A model generated the notes under the pieces. That model ran no database searches and was not told the DNA's origin. It saw nothing but the letters and a program-made list of their open reading frames with translations. The position numbers and the translations under genes were made by a program. Shown here piece by piece: positions 60,266-64,000 of a stretch of DNA of 64,000 nucleotides. The DNA is from Azolla caroliniana (taxonomy: Eukaryota > Plantae > Polypodiophyta): NCBI GenBank assembly GCA_043228905.1, contig JBHGNT010000018.1:10416001-10480000 (forward strand). Direction: 5' to 3'. Position 1 is the stretch's first letter. Every line of letters begins with the position of its first letter.

Positions 60266-63200
60266 TGTCGCGTTGTTACGCGCGTGCGTGGAGAAGGGCG
60301 GAACCACGGGGGTCTCGGACTAAGGAGAAGGGGAGAAGGAATAGGACTTCGGAATGGAGCTTAGCACAAGAAGAGGAAGAATGAACAAGAGGAAGATGGA
60401 GGCCAAATGCTCAACAAGATATATTAGAAACGAAAACCGATTACAAAATGGCGGCCGCGTAGGTCGCACCGAACGACTATGATAAACACCGAAACCCTAA
60501 TCCGACGAAGAAGAAAAGAAACCCTAAACGAAACCCTAACCCTAAAACGAAATGGTATACCTCACTCACACTCAAAAATAAGGCAACCCCCACAATGGTG
60601 CTCTTCCTCTCCTTTTATAGCACAAGGAGAGAAGACCGTTTACAAAAGGGTGCTACAAAATATCCCCTTTCAATCAATGGGGATATTTCCCTTGATTTTA
60701 GGGGAGGTGGGAAGGATGGGTCTTAACTCCCACCTCTACACGAACTACTATGTACCTATCTCTCTCTCTCACGTGGATGTGCGCGCAAAAGCACATCACC
60801 TTTACACTTTACAAATCCTAAGGTGCATTTCTAGCACCATACTTATCACTATCGATAAATAGAAATACAACATGTTGATGTGCAACGTTGCACATCGCGG
60901 GTTTGCTTGCTTCGCTCGGTTTTCCGCCTATGGACGAAAATCTTCACGACATCCGCCCCCACCTAACCGCACATCCACCGGTATGTGCCAAAAGGGGAAC
61001 AAAACGCGAGATTTTCGGCCAAGGCGGCCAACCGAGCCCTTGACAACCTCGTGGGCTTGCCCGGCTTCGTCTTCCACTTCGAGCAAGTCCACCCCGTCCA
61101 CACGAACCACCGTCGCCTTCCGGCCCACCATCTCCGCCGAATGGTCTCGAACCGTCGGCTCCATCCGATCCGCCACACTTGACGACGTTCGCCGAGTCGT
61201 TGCCTCCACCCGATCCGCCACGTCCACCGTGATTCCTCGAACCACCGTCTACATCCGGACCGCCGCTTCCGATGCCCGCGCTTTCTTCCCCGATCGGTCC
61301 TCCCGAACGCCGTTGCCGACCCGGCTGCTCTTCTTTTGTCCGCCTCGTATAGCCTCCGGATGCTCTCCCGATCTCTCCGGCTGCACGCCGGATTCCGCCT
61401 TTCCCGTGCCTGCCGTGCTCTCTCGCCGTAGAGCATACCATCGTTCCCGTGCTCGTTGCTTGGCCCTCATGCGGCCGCATTGCACGTTTCGCATTCCGCT
61501 CCTCTTCGTGTACCCTTTCGGAAAGGTACCTTTCTTCCCCGACCTCCGTTTCGCTCGGAGGAACACCCTCTTGGCCCTCTTGGCCCGCTCGACCGCACAC
61601 ATCCTTCGTGATGTCGTGTTCGTTCTTTTGGGCGCATACATCTTCGTTCTCCGCGACCTCCCGTATGCCTCTCTCGGTGCCTTCATCCGTTGTGGCCTTC
61701 GTCCCCTCGCCGCCACCGTCCGCCACTCTTGGTCTCACGTCGGCACTCGCGCCGACCGCCGGAGTCTCTATAGCCGGTGTGGAGGATCCCTCTCGGGCCT
61801 TATCTTCGTGGCCGCCGGTCTTAGCCTCTCCGTAGGCCACCTCTTCCCACCAATCTTCCCTAGCATCGTGCCAGGTCTTGTCGTCGCCGCCTTCCTCCTC
61901 GTATTCGCCTCTCGAAGGCGTGATCCGACCGTCATCTTCGGTCGCTCGATGTGGCTCCTTCGTAGGCATGCTTGTGTCTTGGCCCTCCATCGGCCGTATT
62001 GCATGCATCTCGTCTCGCTCTTCCGCCGTAGACCCGACCTCCGTGTCGGTCTTCTCCTCCTTTGTCGCCGTAGCCCGTTCCGACACGGGCTCGCCGTCTT
62101 GGACCCAGCCGTCCACCATCTCGTACCGGATATCCGTTCCGGTAACCTCGTACGCTCCGGCCTCCGACTCCTCGCCGCTACCCGCCGTCTCTCCGGTCTT
62201 ATGTTGATCCGCAACCGCCGTAGTCTCTAGAGTGGATATGGAGGGTCTCGTTTGTTTCCGTTTTCCCCCCGAACCATGGTCGTCGTGCCCGGTTAGCCTC
62301 CATCTCGCGCTTACCGGCTCCCATCGTAACCGTAACCGTAACCGTAACCGGCCAATCGGTCTCGCCGGCTTCCTTCGGTTTGGGCCCGGTTCGCCGGCCC
62401 TTACTCTCTTCTTCTTCCGTGCCGTATTCCGGTCGGGTCGGTTCCCGACTCTCTCCTCGTTTCCGCTCCGGTCCTCTCCGTCGGACCCACCGTATACGCC
62501 CATTCCGGGCCCCGCATACCCGTCTTCGTATGCGCTCTCTCCGGGCCTCACCTCCTCACGGTCACCGCCCATCTCTCCGGTCTCACGTTGGCATTCGAGC
62601 ACAACCGCCGAAGTCTCCGGCCCCGGTGTCAAGGGGTCTTGCCTCCGTCCGCTCCAATCTTCCTTCTCGTTTCCGTTGCCCGCCTTGCCGCCGTCACCTC
62701 CCGTCGCACTAAGCCTCATGCCGGCACTCGGGCCGGCCATTGGAGCCTCTAGGATTGGTGTGGGTAAGGACCCAGCACCGCCGCTTGTTGTCTCCGTAGC
62801 CGCTTTCGTTCGGACGTCGTTATTCGTGGCTTCCCCATCTCCGATTCCGCAAGCCTCTAGTATGCTTGCCACCACCTCTTCTTCGCCGTTCTCCGCGTCA
62901 TCTCGGTTGTCCGCCTTGCCGCCGCCACCGTCCGTAGCTCTAGGTCTCGTGCCGGCACTCGGGCCGACCGCCGAAGCCTCTAGGGCCGGTGTGTGGAAGG
63001 TCACGACACCATCGCTCGTTTCGTCTTCCTCCTCCATTTCGCAAGCCTCGAGTATGCTCGCGAAATCCTCGTAGAACGTTTCGGGCAACCGCGTCCCGAA
63101 ACTTCCGCCCACTCTCGAAGTGGCGTCCATCGCTCCGTAGATATCGGCCTCGTCCATGGCCGTTCTTTTTCCCCGAGATGAGACGGTCGCTTGCTCCGCA

Positions 63201-64000
63201 CCTTCTCTCGTGTCGACGCCGTGGTCGCCCGCCTTGCCACCGCCACCGCCTTTCACCATAGGTCTTACGCGGGCACTCGGGCCGGCCGCCGTGATCTCTA
63301 GGAATGACGCGTGTAAGGTCGCGGGACCGCCGCTCGTCGATGTAATGTCCGTAGCCACCTCCGCTCGGACGTCGTTGTCCGTGGCTACCCCGCCTCCGTA
63401 TATGCAAGCATCGGTTATGCTTGCCGCCGCCTCTTCCGCGGTCTCCTTACCGTTGTCTCGGTTGTCCGCCTTGCCGCCGCCACCGTTCTTTCCCCTCGGT
63501 CTCACGCGGGCGCTCGGGCCGGCCGCCGGGGTCTCTTGAACCGGTGCGTGGAAGGTTGCGGTACCGCCGCTTGTCTCCTCCGTACTCGATGATTCGGGCC
63601 ACCATGTCCCGAATCCGCCATGTCCGCTCGAATCGGCGATCGCCGCCTCACCGTCCCCGACCTCGTCCTCGGTCGTTCTTTTCCCCCATGTCGAGAGGGC
63701 GGCTCGCTCCGCACCCTCTCCCTTGGTACCGATGTACCATTCTCTTTCGGCCTCCGCATAGGCCCCGTCCTCCATGTGTGAGGAAGCTCCTTCCTCTGCG
63801 TCCTCCGATCCGCTCGGACCCGACCCCGCAATAAGCCATTCTTCGGCTTCGATTTTCGCCATTACGAGCCCGCACGCCTCCCGTATTAGCGCTTGTAGGT
63901 CGAGCCCCTCCAAACCGGTTCGCGATGAGCTCTCGTCCGGCGGCATGGCGTAGTCGGTCGTCGCTCTCTCTTCTCCCCCGCTCGCGGGCCGTGTTGTGGC
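60266..64000 (-). mobile_element. Trp-group Gypsy-type element, 3' part (probably non-autonomous)
   Basis: 3' LTR 60266-60951 with the group's termini, PPT GGTGGGGGCGGA at 60952-60963; internal region resembles 21641-23100. Confidence 0.88.
60944..64000 (-). CDS. Over 1000-aa acidic Gly/Ala/Glu/Thr-rich ORF with internal repeats, open to the window edge, probably a gag extension
   Basis: No stop from 64000 to 60944; repeats ETPAAGPSARVRP..GGGGKA; reads through the PPT and stops in the LTR. Confidence 0.78.
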   Translation of the reverse strand, partial: ATTRPASGGEERATTDYAMPPDESSSRTGLEGLDLQALIREACGLVMAKIEAEEWLIAGSGPSGSEDAEEGASSHMEDGAYAEAEREWYIGTKGEGAERAALSTWGKRTTEDEVGDGEAAIADSSGHGGFGTWWPESSSTEETSGGTATFHAPVQETPAAGPSARVRPRGKNGGGGKADNRDNGKETAEEAAASITDACIYGGGVATDNDVRAEVATDITSTSGGPATLHASFLEITAAGPSARVRPMVKGGGGGKAGDHGVDTREGAEQATVSSRGKRTAMDEADIYGAMDATSRVGGSFGTRLPETFYEDFASILEACEMEEEDETSDGVVTFHTPALEASAVGPSAGTRPRATDGGGGKADNRDDAENGEEEVVASILEACGIGDGEATNNDVRTKAATETTSGGAGSLPTPILEAPMAGPSAGMRLSATGGDGGKAGNGNEKEDWSGRRQDPLTPGPETSAVVLECQRETGEMGGDREEVRPGESAYEDGYAGPGMGVYGGSDGEDRSGNEERVGNRPDRNTARKKKRVRAGEPGPNRRKPARPIGRLRLRLRLRWEPVSARWRLTGHDDHGSGGKRKQTRPSISTLETTAVADQHKTGETAGSGEESEAGAYEVTGTDIRYEMVDGWVQDGEPVSERATATKEEKTDTEVGSTAEERDEMHAIRPMEGQDTSMPTKEPHRATEDDGRITPSRGEYEEEGGDDKTWHDAREDWWEEVAYGEAKTGGHEDKAREGSSTPAIETPAVGASADVRPRVADGGGEGTKATTDEGTERGIREVAENEDVCAQKNEHDITKDVCGRAGQEGQEGVPPSETEVGEERYLSERVHEEERNAKRAMRPHEGQATSTGTMVCSTAREHGRHGKGGIRRAAGEIGRASGGYTRRTKEEQPGRQRRSGGPIGEESAGIGSGGPDVDGGSRNHGGRGGSGGGNDSANVVKCGGSDGADGSRPFGGDGGPEGDGGSCGRGGLARSGRRSRASPRGCQGLGWPPWPKISRFVPLLAHTGGCAVRWGRMS

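Noticed and set aside
60492-60546. Interstitial telomere
   Set aside because: A few dispersed units inside an LTR, not a tandem TTTAGGG array.
60872-63074. Plus-strand ORFs of 452 and 280 aa
   Set aside because: Antisense shadows of the GC-rich minus-strand ORF with no recognisable motif.

Overview
This window is almost entirely a nest of plant-type LTR retrotransposons, with no host gene, rRNA, tRNA or CRISPR. The lineage mix suggests a non-seed plant such as a bryophyte, which is an inference only. Contents: three Met-primed Copia family-A copies (1-1661, 1954-7633 full length, 25123-28517); three Tnt1/Tork-like Copia (12417-18620, 34302-44867, and 36968-42225 nested inside the second); a Tcn1-like Gypsy host split into three pieces; a Met-primed chromovirus (7923-24511); four members of a tRNA-Trp-primed Gypsy group (solo LTR 16449-17466, non-autonomous 21041-24449, autonomous-type 29307-47327, and 60266-64000); a self-priming non-autonomous element (30676-32545); an Athila-like element (47328-56586); a pogo-type transposase scrap; and an Arg-primed element starting at 56680. 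The most unusual signals are: (1) an aspartic protease encoded downstream of integrase; (2) a CpG at the centre of the 4-bp target site at all four Trp-group insertions; (3) an intact 894-aa antisense ORF ending 32 bp from a PBS; (4) an 11-nt Tf1-style self-priming site; (5) a complete -1 frameshift cassette placed after the protease; (6) a capsid swap between Tork-like families; (7) a conserved acidic/Arg-rich extension on Copia RNase H. Coordinates and mismatch counts were read by eye, and lineage names rest on motif recognition rather than database searches.
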